Shown here piece after piece: positions 21,756 through 34,537 of a stretch of 64,000 nucleotides of DNA. Below the pieces are notes generated by a model. That model saw only the letters and a list, made by a program, of their open reading frames with translations, did not search any database and was not told where the DNA came from. A program made the position numbers and the translations under genes. Every line of letters starts with the position of its first letter. Position 1 is the first letter of the stretch. The stretch lies in NCBI RefSeq assembly GCF_053078305.1, contig NZ_CP166879.1; one strand, given 5' to 3'.

Positions 21756-22289
21756 CTAACTAATACATCGACTCAGCGCCAACCTGAGACCAGCGCCGAT
21801 CTCTTCAGGTGAACTATCTGCTGGCAAGATAACATTATCGCTACCGCCACGTCCGGTACCTCCCCATTCTTCCAGCTTCTCATGGCGCGATGGTGAGATT
21901 GTAATTACGCCGTTAGCACAAGAGATATCACAGCTTTTCATACCTTTAAATAAGGCTTTTTTAGTTTTATAACCATACTGCATCATGAGTTTCTTTACCC
22001 AATCAGCATAGCGTTCTGCTGTACACTTAAAGTCATAAAGCTCCATATCGAATGTTGCTTCAGGGTGTATCCATACATCTGTATGGGGAGCGGGTAATAC
22101 AAAGCGACTATGAGCCAACGCATTCTTCACCATAATACCTAACTCATTATCACCAATATCAGGTGTATTCAGTTACTGAACTCCTTGAGGATCACATCGA
22201 TTACTACTGTAACCAGAATAAGTTTCAACACAGATAAAATCTGCATTCGCTTTTACAGAGGCCCATGCCGTTTTTACTATGTTATTCAT
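21756..22289 (-). pseudogene. cdiI: Orphan CDI immunity gene (module o2), interrupted by an in-frame TAA
   Basis: ATG at 22289 (AGGTGA upstream), 1 nt after the toxin stop; 38 codons, TAA at 22173-22175, then the same frame continues for about 138 more codons. Confidence 0.5.
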
Positions 22290-22290
22290 A

Positions 22291-23176
22291 TTATTTCACC
22301 TGAGTTACCTTAACACCCTGACTTTTGCCATACTCAACAGCCCTGTTTATTTCCGTCCATTGAGTTTTCGTCGTATTGGCAGGGACAGCTAATCTCACAT
22401 CTTTACTGGAAATCATTGATGAGTCAATATTAACGCCAGAAAGTGATGCTTTCTCAAATTTCGCTGCCGCATCAATATTTCCTTTAAGCGAATAATAAAC
22501 CTGATTGGGATTAGCCAGTTTTGCCATCGTCTGGGTATCCATTGATTTAGCACTTACAGCAACTCTTGATGCTTCATCATAATAATCAAACGTTTTAAAG
22601 TTTTGCGGTAATCGCGAATTTGCCGGAAGTGTGGTTCCCACATAATCCTCCACGGCATCCCCTGCTTCATATTACCCTGACCCCACTTCAACCCGCTCTA
22701 TGAAGCGCTGACTGTGGCTGTTGCTGTATTGCGACGCATAAAGGAAATAGCTGCAACGCCGATATCCTTTGCCAATAGACCTAATGAAGCCACTGCCACT
22801 TGATTTTCAGGGGCTGACACAAACAGCGCATATTTCATCCATTCCAGACTATTCATGTCTATTTTAGCCAAATCCTGACCATTCCATTGCTGAACGTAAG
22901 CTTTTGCCTCATCACTGGTCATGACATCAGCGCCAATACTTCCTAGCCAACCAGGACGCTCTGTCATATCAATACCGCCTAAGGCAACCTCTTTATCCCA
23001 GCCCATAGCTGTTAAAGGATGATTTTCCAGACGTTCATCAACGATGGCACTATGCTCGTCACTGACTTTTTTCCATTTATCAATAACATTCTGACAGTCC
23101 CCCCCAATTTTCGGCAGTTTGTCAGCTCTTTATCAAATTCGACGGCCTGAGAACTACTCAGATAATTATTCTCAAC
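22291..23176 (-). pseudogene. cdiA: Orphan cdiA-CT toxin module (o2): VENN motif, no start codon, frameshifted
   Basis: Begins NVVENNYLSSSQAVEFDKEL right after the cdiI-o1 stop; frame breaks at a G7 homopolymer (23099-23105) and again before the C-terminal domain at 22653. Confidence 0.6.
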
Positions 23177-23182
23177 AACATT

Positions 23183-23416
23183 TCAGAACCCCTTAACTTT
23201 CATGATATGCAACAAACCAATACCCAAACCTAAGATCCCACCCCCATACACACTCATTTTTAACAGTCTAGAAAACTGAAAAACTTCAAATGATATTGGG
23301 GCATTCAAATAAAAATACATAAATATCTCCAGAAGAAGATAAAAAATCGAACCGACTATAAACAAACCAAATATGCATACAGTCATTAATAAGACAACAA
23401 TAAGGAAGCTCTTCAT
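23183..23416 (-). CDS. cdiI: Orphan CDI immunity protein (module o1), small membrane protein
   Basis: 77 aa, two hydrophobic helices; ATGA overlap with the preceding toxin ORF; GGAGG 7 nt upstream. Confidence 0.55.
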   Translation of the reverse strand: MKSFLIVVLLMTVCIFGLFIVGSIFYLLLEIFMYFYLNAPISFEVFQFSRLLKMSVYGGGILGLGIGLLHIMKVKGF

Positions 23417-24735
23417 TTCCCAGCCTCCATTGCATCTTTCTTTTTCTGGATAATGGAGCTTCCAAACTCAGATGATAAACTACCACCCGCATTACCCACA
23501 GCACCAGGGATCTTACTCGGTACCATTTCTTTAGATAGACCTAACTGCCCTTTAACTTCAGTATATTTTAGTAGAGTCGGATCGAATTTAGGATTCCAGC
23601 CATCGGTTATCCATTTAGCGATTGTATTTGCAGCAGGCTTGACCACATAATTGCCAACCCCATATCCAAACCCGGCCCCCGCTCCATTTGTAATCGCCCC
23701 AGTAAAAGGATCATCTCCGTTTATAGCGTTGGTTAATGCTCCACCTGCCGCATTCCAGGCTATTGTCCCTTTCCAGCCCTGCCCCATGGTTATCACATTT
23801 ATCCAGCCTGCTGCCACTGAGTTGACCCGGTTTATTTCACCACTATCTGCATACTGCATCCCGGCATTTGTCCCGGCACCAAGTAACCACATAGCTTGGG
23901 CACTCCCCGGTAACAGGGCTACGCTGCCTGTTGCTAATGCGGCTGCATAAGCTTTATTTTCAGCCTGTCCCCGCCTTACAGGCTTCACCGGAAGGATTAT
24001 CACTACAGGAGAGAACATCAGCGCCATGCTCTCTGGCTTTTTCCGTCTGGAGCCATTCACTGCCACCCAGCAGATTATTCTCAACAGCATTCTTCCCGCT
24101 TTGTGCTCCCACTGCTGCTGATGCGGTGCTGTTTCCGGTAAGACCTCCGGCCAGCCCTGCTGACACGGTTGCCAGCGTACTTATCGTCTGCTTCTGCTCT
24201 TCACTGAGGTCAGACAGCTTCACGCCAGGATACAGCATTCCGGCAATTGCTCTGGCTGCCAGTTCTCCTGTTGCGGCGCCTGCTGCACCGGCAGCAACAT
24301 TATTACCCTGCATTGCCGCTACTGCACCGCCCAGAATGGCGTGAGCAATGGCGTTTACTGCCGGATCTTTTTCTGTTGATTTCAGCAGGTGCGCCAGTTC
24401 CGGAGCCGAAGCTCCGGCCAGAGCACCCGCTAAATTACCCCCCGCCAGCCCCTGAAGCGCGGCCCGGATACCCCGCTGAATTTCACTGCCGGTACCATAC
24501 TTCGCCATTTCATCCCTGTAAGCCTGCGTGTCACGCAGTTTTGCCAGATATGCCTGCCGCTGCTCTTCCGTCGCATCCTCCGGAACAGGCCCATATTTAT
24601 CCTGCGCAGCCTTCAACGCATTCAGTTCCCCCTGCGTCCGCGCAATATCAGCCACCTGACTGCCTATGTCACTGATAAGCCCCACTGTCTACAGACGCTG
24701 CTGCTCTTTTTCCTTGTCAAAGATGGAAAAGCAAA
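23413..24735 (-). pseudogene. cdiA: Orphan cdiA-CT module (o1): retained pretoxin homology block, VENN, glycine-rich toxin domain; internal stop and frameshift
   Basis: Region up to GKNAVENN is homologous to the resident CdiA pretoxin region; in-frame TAG near the start; CT continues in a second frame (23960-24090 overlap) into a Gly-rich domain. Confidence 0.6.
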
Positions 24736-24761
24736 AAAACCAGCCAACTGAACTAGCTGGT
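24733..24761 (-). terminator. Intrinsic terminator after cdiI
   Basis: On the minus strand, stem CCAGC / GCTGG with an 11-nt loop followed by U7, 10 nt after the cdiI stop. Confidence 0.5.
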
Positions 24762-24770
24762 AGTTAAAGT

Positions 24771-25034
24771 CTATTTGATTTTGCTTAAAATATTATTGAC
24801 TATCGGTATTACAGAACTAACCAATTGCTCTTCCTCAACTGTATACAAAAGCAATTCGATCTCATTCTCCGCATTAAATAACATTGTATGGAGCCACTTT
24901 TCCTCAACAGCAACAATTTGGCTTTCCGCAGCATAAATTTCTGATTGAATACTTTGTACCGTTATTTTCCCTTCAAGAAAGTTTTTACAAGAGTGTTGTA
25001 ACCTCTCGATCACCTCAGGATAAATCCAACTCAT
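24771..25034 (-). CDS. cdiI: CDI immunity protein
   Basis: 87-aa ORF whose ATG overlaps the cdiA stop (ATGA); AGGAG 6 nt upstream. Confidence 0.7.
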   Translation of the reverse strand: MSWIYPEVIERLQHSCKNFLEGKITVQSIQSEIYAAESQIVAVEEKWLHTMLFNAENEIELLLYTVEEEQLVSSVIPIVNNILSKIK

Positions 25035-28000
25035 TGCCCACTCCTGCGAAGAATAGTAACAATAATATTACTGTTATTTTCAGTGACTACACCTACGTCA
25101 CCACTCCAATAAGTCGTTCTAGTTACGCCATTAACGACACTATTTTGAGGAGTTCCTTCTTTGATAACACTTTCAACCATATTCGGCGTTATATTTCTCC
25201 CTGGGCCAACTGTGCCGGCTGGAGAACCTAAACCAGATGGCTGCATTCTATCAACAGCATGTTGTGAATACAAACGATGACCTATTTGTGCATATTGTCG
25301 CCCATCTACTGTAACCTTTCGATAATTTTGCCAAGAGTCCCAAGGTAACTTTTCAGAACTATTAGGTACGTTTTCTGATGAGGTTTTCTCATTACGTTGC
25401 TCTATTGATTCATTATTCCTGGCGTTCTCCTCATCCTGCGGCTCCCATCCCCCCGGTGTTCCAGCATCTGCGCCACCAAGCTCAGCTTTCTCCTTGTCCG
25501 TAGCGCTCGCTACGTCTTTGCCCAGATTCGGCTGTTTGTTTTCGTCTGTATTGTCGCCATTCAGCACATGCCCCGGCCCCCGGGCACCATCGCGACTCGG
25601 ATCACGTACAGCACACTGTTCCCGTGAGCCTTCACAACCACCACCGGTATCCCAGCTATTATCATTCCCGGTATCCTTACTGGCATTACCTGTAGCACCA
25701 GCTATTGCTGCTGCCGTATTAGCTGCTGTTTCAGTGGCTATCACGTTCAGCATATTGTTTTCAGCCGAGTTCCTGCCTGCCTGTGCACCCGTACCGGCAG
25801 ACGTCGTACTGTTGCCGGCAAGCCCGCCCGCAATCCCTGAGGCAATGGTGGCCAGCATGCTGATTTGCTGACGTTCCTGTTCACTCAGGCTATCGGTACG
25901 ACCACCGTAGTAGTTATCAATGATATACCGGGCTGCAAGTTCACCACTGAATGCCCCTGCAGCACCGGAAGCCGCATTGTTTCCACCCAGTTGTGCAGCA
26001 AGCGCTCCCCAGACTGCGTGAGCCATCAGGTTTGCTTCCCGGTTATCGCCGGTGGCCTGTTTTATAAGCTGTGCCACTGCCGGATTCAGACCGCCAGCCA
26101 GTACCTGCCCCGGATTCCCTGCATTCAGTCCGCCCAGCACACCCGTGATGGCCTGTACCACCATCTGCGGCGTACTGCCCGTACCGTAGCCTTTCATGAC
26201 CTCTCTGTATTCCGGGGTCTCCCGCAACTGTGCATCGCTCATGCCAGGATGCTCTTTCCTGGCTGCTTTCATCGCTTCAGTTTCGCCATACGTCATGACG
26301 ATGTTACTCATCTGACCGCTAATCTGGCTGATAACCTGCGCTTCCTGAAGACGCTTCTGCTCTTTCTCCCTGTCAAATATCGGTGCAATGCTGCCGTTGG
26401 CATTTTCCGGGTCCCGGCTGAGCCCGGCAATACCCTGCATCTGACTCTCCTTATTACGGATAATGAGATTTCCGCCGCTGATGGCGGATGACGTGGTACC
26501 TTCAGCATGTCCACTGCTGCCGGACATACCGGTAAGTGCGTTCGCCGCACCGGCTATTGCATTTGAAGCCACCATCTGGCTGGCTGACATCCCTGAGCCA
26601 CCCGATAAACTGATTCCGGTATGGCTGGCTTTATAGTCTGCCTGGTTATGGATATCCGACCAGCCCAGCGTGCCGGTACTGAGGCTGTTTTTGTCATCCG
26701 TTGCCGTGGACGCAATTACCGCACCATTGAGCTGAGTGTGATTCCCCACAGTGACATCAAACCCGTCTTTTCCGGCGTAGATACCACTCTGTTCCCGGAC
26801 AGAATCGTAATTGCTTTTGATTTTGTCCTGACTGATGCTGGCATAGCCGCTGCCGGACATTGAGCCAAACGTGAAGCTGCCACCTGCAGCCACGCTGTTT
26901 TGTCTGCTGTCGTAACGGTCACTGTCCTGAAGACTCGAAATGGTCAGGTTATTACCCACATCCGCTGTGACTTTCTCACCACTGACCTGAGCCCCCGACA
27001 GGGTGGTATCACGTCCGCTTGTGAGGGAGACATTTTTACCCGCATCCAGCGTGGTTTCGGTCCAGGTCGTGCTGCTGCCTTTCTCACTGCCTTTGGAGCC
27101 GTTAATGCTGGCGAAGATACTGAGGCCCCCGCCATTGGTTCCACCACCAAAGCTGACGCCCACGCCGCCACCTTTGCTGCTGTTCTTCCCGGTGGTCTGT
27201 CGGGTGTCAGCGGCGGCAGCCAGCAGAATATCGTTCTGTGCATTCAGACTGGTGTCATTGCCGGACTTAATCTGGCTCCCGGTAATGAGAATATCGCCGC
27301 TGTTGTTATGGTCCTTATTTTTCCCCGTGGCAGTGACGGAGACATTGTTACCGGCGCTGAGGGTTGAGCCGGAGACGATATCGTGCTGATATTTCGTCTC
27401 AGACTTCGACTGCTGATGGTTGAGCGAAATGCTCACGCCGATACCATTATTCTGGTCAGCACTCTGTTGCTGCAGTCCGTGGTTAACACCGGCCTGTACA
27501 CCGGACAGAACCGCCTGTGTTCCTTTCAGTGCCGCCAGACGGCTGTCGCTGGTTTCTTTCGACTCCCGGGCCATGGTTGCAGCATTATTGATGGCACTGC
27601 CCACCGTGCCGGAAAGGGCAACCGTCAGCCCGCTTTTCTTCTGCTCAAATTTTTCGTCCACAGTACGACGGTCATGCCCCGGGTCAACCACCACACTGTC
27701 ACCGGTAATGCTGATATCCCGGTTCGCAATCACATCCGAACCGCTGATATGTACCTGTTTGCCCGCGGTAATACTGACATTACCGGCAGTGGAGCCGATG
27801 GTACTGGCACTCTGACTCTGCGTTGTCCCGGCTTCGCGGCGGTCGTGCGTTGTCTTACTGCTGCCAGTGGTGAAGCCAGTACCGCCGGTACCCGTCAGAC
27901 CGGATTTCTTCGTTTCCTTAAAGCGCCAGGACGTATCTGTACTGGTGGCAGCAAGAACATCAACATGGTTACCTGCCGCCAGTGACACATCCCGGTCAGC

Positions 28001-31000
28001 CACCACATCCGAACCCTGTACCGTCAGGTTATCACCGGCGTTAACGGTCACGCGATTCCCCGACAGCAGAGAGCCCTTCTCACGGGTGACGCTGTCTTCC
28101 GTGATGGTCCGGGTGGTCTGATGGCTGAGGAGACGGTTGCGGGTTTCCCCTGATTCACTGTAGTGATAATCACTTTCCGTGGCAGTACCCAGTACGATGT
28201 CATGACCGGCATTCACACGGATATCGCCCTTTGCCGTTACAGCAGTCGCAACTGAGGTGATATCCCGTCCGGCAGTAACCGTGATGTCACCGCCACTGGT
28301 CATGTCTGTTCCCTGCTGCCGGACCGAATCATGAACCGTCTTCATGCTGAAAGTGCTGTCGTGGTCACCTGCGCCTGTGGACTCCGCAGCCATGTTCACA
28401 TCCCGTCCGGCGCGGATATCCATACTGTTTTCAGCCGTAATACCGGCAGCCTGGCTGTTCACATCACGACCGGCGGAAAGCATCAGACTGTTCCCGGCAG
28501 TGACCGTGGGGGCCACGGCATGAGTTTCATACCACCCGGACCCGCCATAGCGACGACGTTCGCCGGCCTGTATCGCGTTCATGTTCAGGTCATTACCGGC
28601 GGACAGTAACACGCTGTCACCGGCAGAAACGGCGACACCGGTGATACTGATATCCCCGGCTGCGCCCATAAACAGTGAGTCCGTTGCCCTGACAGCAGCC
28701 AGCGGACCGGTATCCGTTCCGCTGAAATGGTTATATCCGTTGTTCATCGCCCACTGTTCTGTACGGGTGAGGTTACTGATGTTTCCGGTGGCGCTTTCCA
28801 GGTATACGGTTTTACCGCTGATGACTGAGCTGATATTGCCGATATCCCCGATGGCCTTCAGGTTCAGTGCACCACCGGCGTTTATCAGTCCGGCATTCAG
28901 GTTGTCGATACTACCTGTGCTGTCGAGCAGGAGGTCATTCTGTGCGTTGATGCTGCCGCCGCTGTTGGTAATATTGCCACCCGCAAGCTGCACGTTGTTC
29001 CCGCTGATAACGCTGCCATTATGAAGGGTGATATCTTCCGGAGACAGATACAGTTTCGGAACCATGACTGTCTGTCCGTTGATGGTGACGGACTCCCACC
29101 ACAGTATGCTTCTGGTCAGTTGTGCAACCTGCCCGGCGGTCAGCGACACACCAAAGGTCAGTCCGAGCGCTTTCTGTTGTGCTGCCGCGCTGTCCATCAG
29201 GTATTTCATCTGCGCCAGGTCAGAGCCTGTGCCGTTGATATAACGTGAGCCCGTCTGGTTCAGTATGACGTTACTGACATACCGGGTATCAAAAGCCGCA
29301 TCCCCCAGAAAGCGGTAATCTTTTTCCGGTTTCAGGCCAAGACGGTCAAGAATGTACGACGAGCCCAGAAACTGTTTTTCATCGGTATATGCCGGGTCTG
29401 TTTCTCGTGGTGCCTGTCCGGGTTGCATCCTGAGCAGGTCATACAGTCCGGCAAACAGACTGCTGTCCACCTTTCCGAGACCATCCAGTTTCGGGTTCAC
29501 CGTAATCAGATACGGACTGTCCGGGGCCGTGGACGGGACAAAATAACCATTGTTACCGGATGGCAGGGGATAGCTGCTTACACTTGCCCCGGACAGCGAC
29601 AGCGCACCCGGGATATCCTTCAGCGTATCCGGCAGCGCGTCATTCCATACAGGGCCGGTTATCCCGGTACCGCTTTCATTCAGCAGGGCTTCACCGCTCC
29701 CCCCCTGACTGACCGTCGGTGGTGTCAGGGAGTTCAGCGAAGGCACCGTTATCGTGTTACCTGCACCACCTGCCCGGGGCATGACAGTGGTATTACCGGT
29801 GTCAGTGGCAAAGCTGGCAGACACATCACCGGCAGCGCTGATAACCGCACGGTACTGACCTGCCGGAGAGGTGCCACTGGCTTCTGTCGCATCCGGCGAG
29901 ACCTGGCGATAGACCCTGTACCATGGCTCAGTAAACCACGCTTTGGGGAGTGAGCCGGAGGCAAGCCGCCAGACCGTTTCCTTTCCGGTGGTTCCCTCCT
30001 GCCAGCCCTGATTGTTCAGTGTGTCGCCACTCAGGGTCATACTGCCACCGGCGAGAATAAACGATGCCTCATTATCCAGTCGTCCTGCACGGATATGCAT
30101 ATCAGCACCGCCGGATATTCTGGCAGCATAGCCGGAGGCACTGACTGTCACCGTATCCGTATCGCCCGTACGGATACGGTATTCATCAGGTACCGTGGCA
30201 CCCTTACCCCAGTACACGGCCAGATATTCCACACCATCATGCCGGACAACACCCCACCACCGGTTATTTTCCGGAACCGGTGAAATCACCCCGTGACTGC
30301 TTCCAGGAATGACCTCATGGCTGGCCGAAATGGCATCCCATGAATTCAGCAGATGCGCCGTATTCATGGTGATATCGCCACGTGTGGTTTCAATATTACC
30401 GGAACGGTTAATGATTTCGCTGTTTGCCGTACCGCTGCTGTCCTTCTGTACCCACAGACTGTTGCCGGCCAGGATATCACCATGCTGGTTATGCAGACGG
30501 TCTGTAAACAGCTTCAGGTTATTCCCCGCATAAATCAGCGCACTGTTCAGCAGGGTACCGGCCACATTCATTGTCAGACTGCCTGCCGTGCCGGTAAAAC
30601 CACTGATGGTGATATCACTCCGGCTGTTCAGACTCACATCGCCACCGGCCTGAAGTGAACCCGGTGCGTTAAGGAAAAGACGCTGTGCGCTGAAAACACT
30701 GTTGTCTTTACCGGCAGTCAGCGTTCCATTGTTGGTGAATGCCTCTCCGGCACTGAGCATCATGGCATCACCCTGCATCACACCGCCGTTGGTGACGGCG
30801 TTCTGCGACGTGACGGAAAGGGTTTTCCCTGCGGCCAGGGTACCATGATTCGTGAGGGCAGCAATCAGTTTCAGTGTGACATCACCGGTGGCCACCACCT
30901 GGCCCTGACCACTGAAGTCCTGAACGTCAAGCAGCAGGTTGCCTGCACTGTACAGCCGCCCTGTACCATTTTGCAGCAGTGAACTGCCCTTGACGCCAAG

Positions 31001-34000
31001 CCATGAGGTTCCCAGCAGGGTACCGCTGTTGCTGAATGTGTGGTAATTCACCAGCAGGTCCGCACCCTGAAGCGTACCGGTATTATTCAGCGTGGTTCCT
31101 TTAACGTCGGCACTGCCGGTGGCAAGTACGCGTCCGCCGTTGACAGTATTCACCACATCCAGCAGCAGGGTGGCAGCCTGTACCAGTCCGCTGCCGGTGT
31201 TCGCCAGCACCTGCGCCGTCAGCGTGAGGTTACTGCCGGAGAGGATTTTGCCGTCGTTCTTCAGACGGTCAGTGGCGTTCAGGGAAACCCCGCCACCACC
31301 CTGTATCGTGCCCTGGTTACTCAGGGTCGCTGTACTGACATTCAGTGCATTCCGGCTCATCAGAACACCACCGGAACGGTTGTTCACGCCACCGGAGGCT
31401 GTCAGCGTCAGCGTTTCGCCCTGCAGATGCCCGCCGTTTGTGAGTTGTCCTGCCGTGATGGTGGTGGCATTTCCCTGTAATTGCCCGTCGTTTGTGACAC
31501 TGTCTGCCTTCAGCGTCAGCACACCTGCACTGAGCAGTTTTCCGCTCGCGTGATTGTTCAGCGTCTGATTCACCGTGAGCGTGAGAGCATCCACACCGGT
31601 GATGTCACCCGCACTGGTCAGTGAGTTCGCCTTCAGTGTCAGATTTTTTGCAATCCATTGTCCGCTGTTGCTTAAATTCAGTGCACTGAGCGCCATTTCA
31701 CCGTTCGAGGTGACTTTGCTGCCTGCTGTGCTGACAAGCTCACCCGTCAGACGTGCAGTCAGGCTGTCAGCCGCCTGGATCGCCCCGCTGTTTGCCAGAC
31801 TGTCTGCGGTGATCAGCACCCGTTTGCCCTGCCAGTATCCGGAACTGGTAATACTGCCTGCGGTGATTGTCAGATCGCCGCTGGTCAGCAATGAACCTCC
31901 GTTATTCATCAGCGCAGGTTGAGGGGATGTCATACGGGCGGCAAGCGTCAGTGTGGCGACCCCGGTGAGCGTGCCACTGTTGGTGACACTGTTCTGACGA
32001 ATCGTGACATGGTTACCCTGGACAGTGCCGCTGTTATCCAGTGAATTTCCATCAAGGGAGAGCGTGCCGACCGAAAGCAGACTGCCCCGGTTGTCAGTGG
32101 TGGCTGCTTTCAGCGTGGTGTCACCCTGGCTCATGATATCGCCGGTACTGGTCAACTGACCGGTTGCCGAAGCAGTAAGGTTACCGGTTGCCAGCACGGA
32201 ACCACTGTTCGCCCATCTGTCCGCCTGCACGGTGAGATTCTGTCCCTGCGTGGTCCCTGCGGTATTCAGTGTTTTACCCCGGAGGGAGAGGTCGCCCGCC
32301 GTCAGCCAGCGTCCGTGACGCCCCTGTGAGAGGGTGTCGCCTGCAAGCGCCAGTGCAGCGGCGCCCTGCAACAGGCCATCGCCATCCAGCGTGGTCGCCC
32401 TGACGTTCAGCGTGTCAGCGGTGATTTTACCCGGATTGCTGAGGGAGGCAGTGTTTAACGTTAAATCATTATCACCGGTGATAAGCCCGCTGTTGCGGAT
32501 GTCCGGTATATCCAGCGTCAGGTCTGCAGCACTGTACAGCGTGCCGTTCTGCTGATTATCAAGCCTCTGTGTGTTAACGGTGAGTGAGGCCTCCCCCTGC
32601 AACAGACCGCTGTTGGTCAGGGTCTGTGACTGTGTATTCAGGGCGGAACCAACAAGTACGCCGCTGCTGGTCAGTTCCGGCGCACTGAGGCTGAGCGACG
32701 GGGCACTGCTTTTCCCGCTGTGGGTGAGCTTTTCACTGGCGTTCAGGGTGAGGATGTCTCTGGCAGCCTGTGTTCCGTCAAGCTGTGCGTTCTGCACATC
32801 CACGCTGACACTGTTGCCCTGCGTCTGCGCAGTGGCCGTGGTCTTCAGACTGTTGCCTTTTACAGACACCGTGCTGCCCGCACTGGTTTCACCCGCCAGC
32901 GTGGAAGACGCGCTGTTCAGCATGAGGTTACCGTCACTGTGCGTGACTGATTTTTCTGTGGTGGTCAGTGTGTCTGCAGAAGCCACAAGTTCCTTTGCCC
33001 CGGAGAGGGTACCGCTGTTGTTTATCTGCGTGGCACTGAGCGTCAGCACGTCATCGCTGACGAGTCTGCCGCGGTTTTCAAGTGTACCGCTGACGGTAAC
33101 GAGGGCTCTGTCTTTTGCTCCGGCATCACCGGACAGTGTGGCATTGCGGGCGCTGATATCGAGTGTGCTACAACTTTTAATACTGCCGGTGCTGGTCAGG
33201 TCAGTGGCGGTGACTTTCAGGCCGTTCCCCTGGACGGCACCGGTATTACTGAATGTCCCGGTTTTCACCGTGGCATCGCGCCCGGCAACCAGTGTCCCGC
33301 CGTTGTTCAGGCTGCCGGAACTGACGGTGAGTGTTTTCCCGGCAACGCTGCGGCCTTTCAGTGTGGTATCATCGGTGGTGGTAAGGGTGACATTTTCAGC
33401 TGCATTCACGTTCCCGGAAGTCTGGTTCAGGTGCTGTGCACTGAGCATGGCGTTCTGTCCGGCAGTCAGTTCACCACCGTTCTGTACAATCTGCCCGGAT
33501 GAAGACAGCACCAGATTTTTATCCGTCACCAGACGGGACTGATTCAGTGTCAGTCCCGTTGTCCCGGTAACGCTGAGATTTCCTCCGGCTTTGTTATCCC
33601 CTGAAAGTGAGACATCCGTTCCGGTTACGGTGGTATTGCCGCCGGCAAGGCTGTTCTTCAGGACCAGTTTTCCGGAACTGCTCAGTATGATATCGCCCTC
33701 GCGGGCATAAAGGTTACCAAGATTAACCCCGACACCACTTTCAGTGGAGGTCAGATGAATACGCCTGGCGTACATTCCACCGAGCGCGCCGGTATCAACA
33801 GCAACTTTCGGCACATCACCTTCGCCCTTCAGGGCACTGACACGACCATCTGCAGTTACCCGGTTAGCGCCTGCAGTGACAGTTAAATCCTTCGCATGAA
33901 GCGCGGCATTCACTTCCGTTGCACGGGCAATAATGGATACGGCATCGCTCCGGGTGCCGTCCAGGCCCGCGCCATTGATGGTGATACTGCCTTCAGTCAC

Positions 34001-34525
34001 CTCCAGCGCCTGCAGGCTGCCGTCGGCATTCATCACAGGTTTGCCTGTGGTGAGCGTCGCGTGCGGCGTGTTGATAAAGCCACAGCCGTCACAGGTGATA
34101 CCATACGGGTTGGCAACCATCACATTCGCCGCTTTGCCGGCCACTTCCGTATAGCCCTGCAGCAGTGAACGCTTACCGCCGGTCACTTCGTTGATGATAC
34201 CCTTCGCTTCCCCGCCCGCTTTCAGGTTCGGGTTATTCTGTATCAGTCCACCAAGCTGCGTCGGATTAAGCTTACCGGTGGCATTATTGAGAATCAGCCC
34301 TTCCTTCCCGACGTTGTAATCCGTAAACCGGTTATGCGAAATCCCGGCCCCGTCCGGCGTGGCAATGTTCACGACCGGCACACCATTTGCCGCTTTATCC
34401 ATTCCGGCCCCGTTTTGTGGGGTGATGACGGCCCCCACAGCCGGTAACAACGGCTGCCCGGCGATAATTGTACTGATAAGGTAACTCAGCAGGCGGTAAG
34501 TGAAGCGAACAGGAGGCTGATGCAT
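25031..34525 (-). CDS. cdiA: Contact-dependent growth inhibition exoprotein CdiA (two-partner secretion, 3164 aa)
   Basis: N-terminal extended signal peptide and TPS domain; long Gly/Asn/Thr/Ser-rich filamentous repeat region; pretoxin region ending GRNSAENN (AENN in place of VENN) followed by a ~230-aa CT. Confidence 0.95.
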   Translation of the reverse strand: MHQPPVRFTYRLLSYLISTIIAGQPLLPAVGAVITPQNGAGMDKAANGVPVVNIATPDGAGISHNRFTDYNVGKEGLILNNATGKLNPTQLGGLIQNNPNLKAGGEAKGIINEVTGGKRSLLQGYTEVAGKAANVMVANPYGITCDGCGFINTPHATLTTGKPVMNADGSLQALEVTEGSITINGAGLDGTRSDAVSIIARATEVNAALHAKDLTVTAGANRVTADGRVSALKGEGDVPKVAVDTGALGGMYARRIHLTSTESGVGVNLGNLYAREGDIILSSSGKLVLKNSLAGGNTTVTGTDVSLSGDNKAGGNLSVTGTTGLTLNQSRLVTDKNLVLSSSGQIVQNGGELTAGQNAMLSAQHLNQTSGNVNAAENVTLTTTDDTTLKGRSVAGKTLTVSSGSLNNGGTLVAGRDATVKTGTFSNTGAVQGNGLKVTATDLTSTGSIKSCSTLDISARNATLSGDAGAKDRALVTVSGTLENRGRLVSDDVLTLSATQINNSGTLSGAKELVASADTLTTTEKSVTHSDGNLMLNSASSTLAGETSAGSTVSVKGNSLKTTATAQTQGNSVSVDVQNAQLDGTQAARDILTLNASEKLTHSGKSSAPSLSLSAPELTSSGVLVGSALNTQSQTLTNSGLLQGEASLTVNTQRLDNQQNGTLYSAADLTLDIPDIRNSGLITGDNDLTLNTASLSNPGKITADTLNVRATTLDGDGLLQGAAALALAGDTLSQGRHGRWLTAGDLSLRGKTLNTAGTTQGQNLTVQADRWANSGSVLATGNLTASATGQLTSTGDIMSQGDTTLKAATTDNRGSLLSVGTLSLDGNSLDNSGTVQGNHVTIRQNSVTNSGTLTGVATLTLAARMTSPQPALMNNGGSLLTSGDLTITAGSITSSGYWQGKRVLITADSLANSGAIQAADSLTARLTGELVSTAGSKVTSNGEMALSALNLSNSGQWIAKNLTLKANSLTSAGDITGVDALTLTVNQTLNNHASGKLLSAGVLTLKADSVTNDGQLQGNATTITAGQLTNGGHLQGETLTLTASGGVNNRSGGVLMSRNALNVSTATLSNQGTIQGGGGVSLNATDRLKNDGKILSGSNLTLTAQVLANTGSGLVQAATLLLDVVNTVNGGRVLATGSADVKGTTLNNTGTLQGADLLVNYHTFSNSGTLLGTSWLGVKGSSLLQNGTGRLYSAGNLLLDVQDFSGQGQVVATGDVTLKLIAALTNHGTLAAGKTLSVTSQNAVTNGGVMQGDAMMLSAGEAFTNNGTLTAGKDNSVFSAQRLFLNAPGSLQAGGDVSLNSRSDITISGFTGTAGSLTMNVAGTLLNSALIYAGNNLKLFTDRLHNQHGDILAGNSLWVQKDSSGTANSEIINRSGNIETTRGDITMNTAHLLNSWDAISASHEVIPGSSHGVISPVPENNRWWGVVRHDGVEYLAVYWGKGATVPDEYRIRTGDTDTVTVSASGYAARISGGADMHIRAGRLDNEASFILAGGSMTLSGDTLNNQGWQEGTTGKETVWRLASGSLPKAWFTEPWYRVYRQVSPDATEASGTSPAGQYRAVISAAGDVSASFATDTGNTTVMPRAGGAGNTITVPSLNSLTPPTVSQGGSGEALLNESGTGITGPVWNDALPDTLKDIPGALSLSGASVSSYPLPSGNNGYFVPSTAPDSPYLITVNPKLDGLGKVDSSLFAGLYDLLRMQPGQAPRETDPAYTDEKQFLGSSYILDRLGLKPEKDYRFLGDAAFDTRYVSNVILNQTGSRYINGTGSDLAQMKYLMDSAAAQQKALGLTFGVSLTAGQVAQLTRSILWWESVTINGQTVMVPKLYLSPEDITLHNGSVISGNNVQLAGGNITNSGGSINAQNDLLLDSTGSIDNLNAGLINAGGALNLKAIGDIGNISSVISGKTVYLESATGNISNLTRTEQWAMNNGYNHFSGTDTGPLAAVRATDSLFMGAAGDISITGVAVSAGDSVLLSAGNDLNMNAIQAGERRRYGGSGWYETHAVAPTVTAGNSLMLSAGRDVNSQAAGITAENSMDIRAGRDVNMAAESTGAGDHDSTFSMKTVHDSVRQQGTDMTSGGDITVTAGRDITSVATAVTAKGDIRVNAGHDIVLGTATESDYHYSESGETRNRLLSHQTTRTITEDSVTREKGSLLSGNRVTVNAGDNLTVQGSDVVADRDVSLAAGNHVDVLAATSTDTSWRFKETKKSGLTGTGGTGFTTGSSKTTHDRREAGTTQSQSASTIGSTAGNVSITAGKQVHISGSDVIANRDISITGDSVVVDPGHDRRTVDEKFEQKKSGLTVALSGTVGSAINNAATMARESKETSDSRLAALKGTQAVLSGVQAGVNHGLQQQSADQNNGIGVSISLNHQQSKSETKYQHDIVSGSTLSAGNNVSVTATGKNKDHNNSGDILITGSQIKSGNDTSLNAQNDILLAAAADTRQTTGKNSSKGGGVGVSFGGGTNGGGLSIFASINGSKGSEKGSSTTWTETTLDAGKNVSLTSGRDTTLSGAQVSGEKVTADVGNNLTISSLQDSDRYDSRQNSVAAGGSFTFGSMSGSGYASISQDKIKSNYDSVREQSGIYAGKDGFDVTVGNHTQLNGAVIASTATDDKNSLSTGTLGWSDIHNQADYKASHTGISLSGGSGMSASQMVASNAIAGAANALTGMSGSSGHAEGTTSSAISGGNLIIRNKESQMQGIAGLSRDPENANGSIAPIFDREKEQKRLQEAQVISQISGQMSNIVMTYGETEAMKAARKEHPGMSDAQLRETPEYREVMKGYGTGSTPQMVVQAITGVLGGLNAGNPGQVLAGGLNPAVAQLIKQATGDNREANLMAHAVWGALAAQLGGNNAASGAAGAFSGELAARYIIDNYYGGRTDSLSEQERQQISMLATIASGIAGGLAGNSTTSAGTGAQAGRNSAENNMLNVIATETAANTAAAIAGATGNASKDTGNDNSWDTGGGCEGSREQCAVRDPSRDGARGPGHVLNGDNTDENKQPNLGKDVASATDKEKAELGGADAGTPGGWEPQDEENARNNESIEQRNEKTSSENVPNSSEKLPWDSWQNYRKVTVDGRQYAQIGHRLYSQHAVDRMQPSGLGSPAGTVGPGRNITPNMVESVIKEGTPQNSVVNGVTRTTYWSGDVGVVTENNSNIIVTILRRSGQ

Positions 34526-34537
34526 GGTAATAATCCC

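Noticed and set aside
25494-34168. Many long plus-strand ORFs (for example 32571..33542, 323 aa; 27383..27985; 29423..29953) inside the cdiA interval
   Set aside because: They lie antisense to the 9.5-kb cdiA reading frame and have low-complexity Ser/Pro/Ala/Val-rich translations typical of shadow ORFs on the opposite strand of a Gly/Thr/Asn-rich gene; no ribosome-binding sites or recognisable domains.
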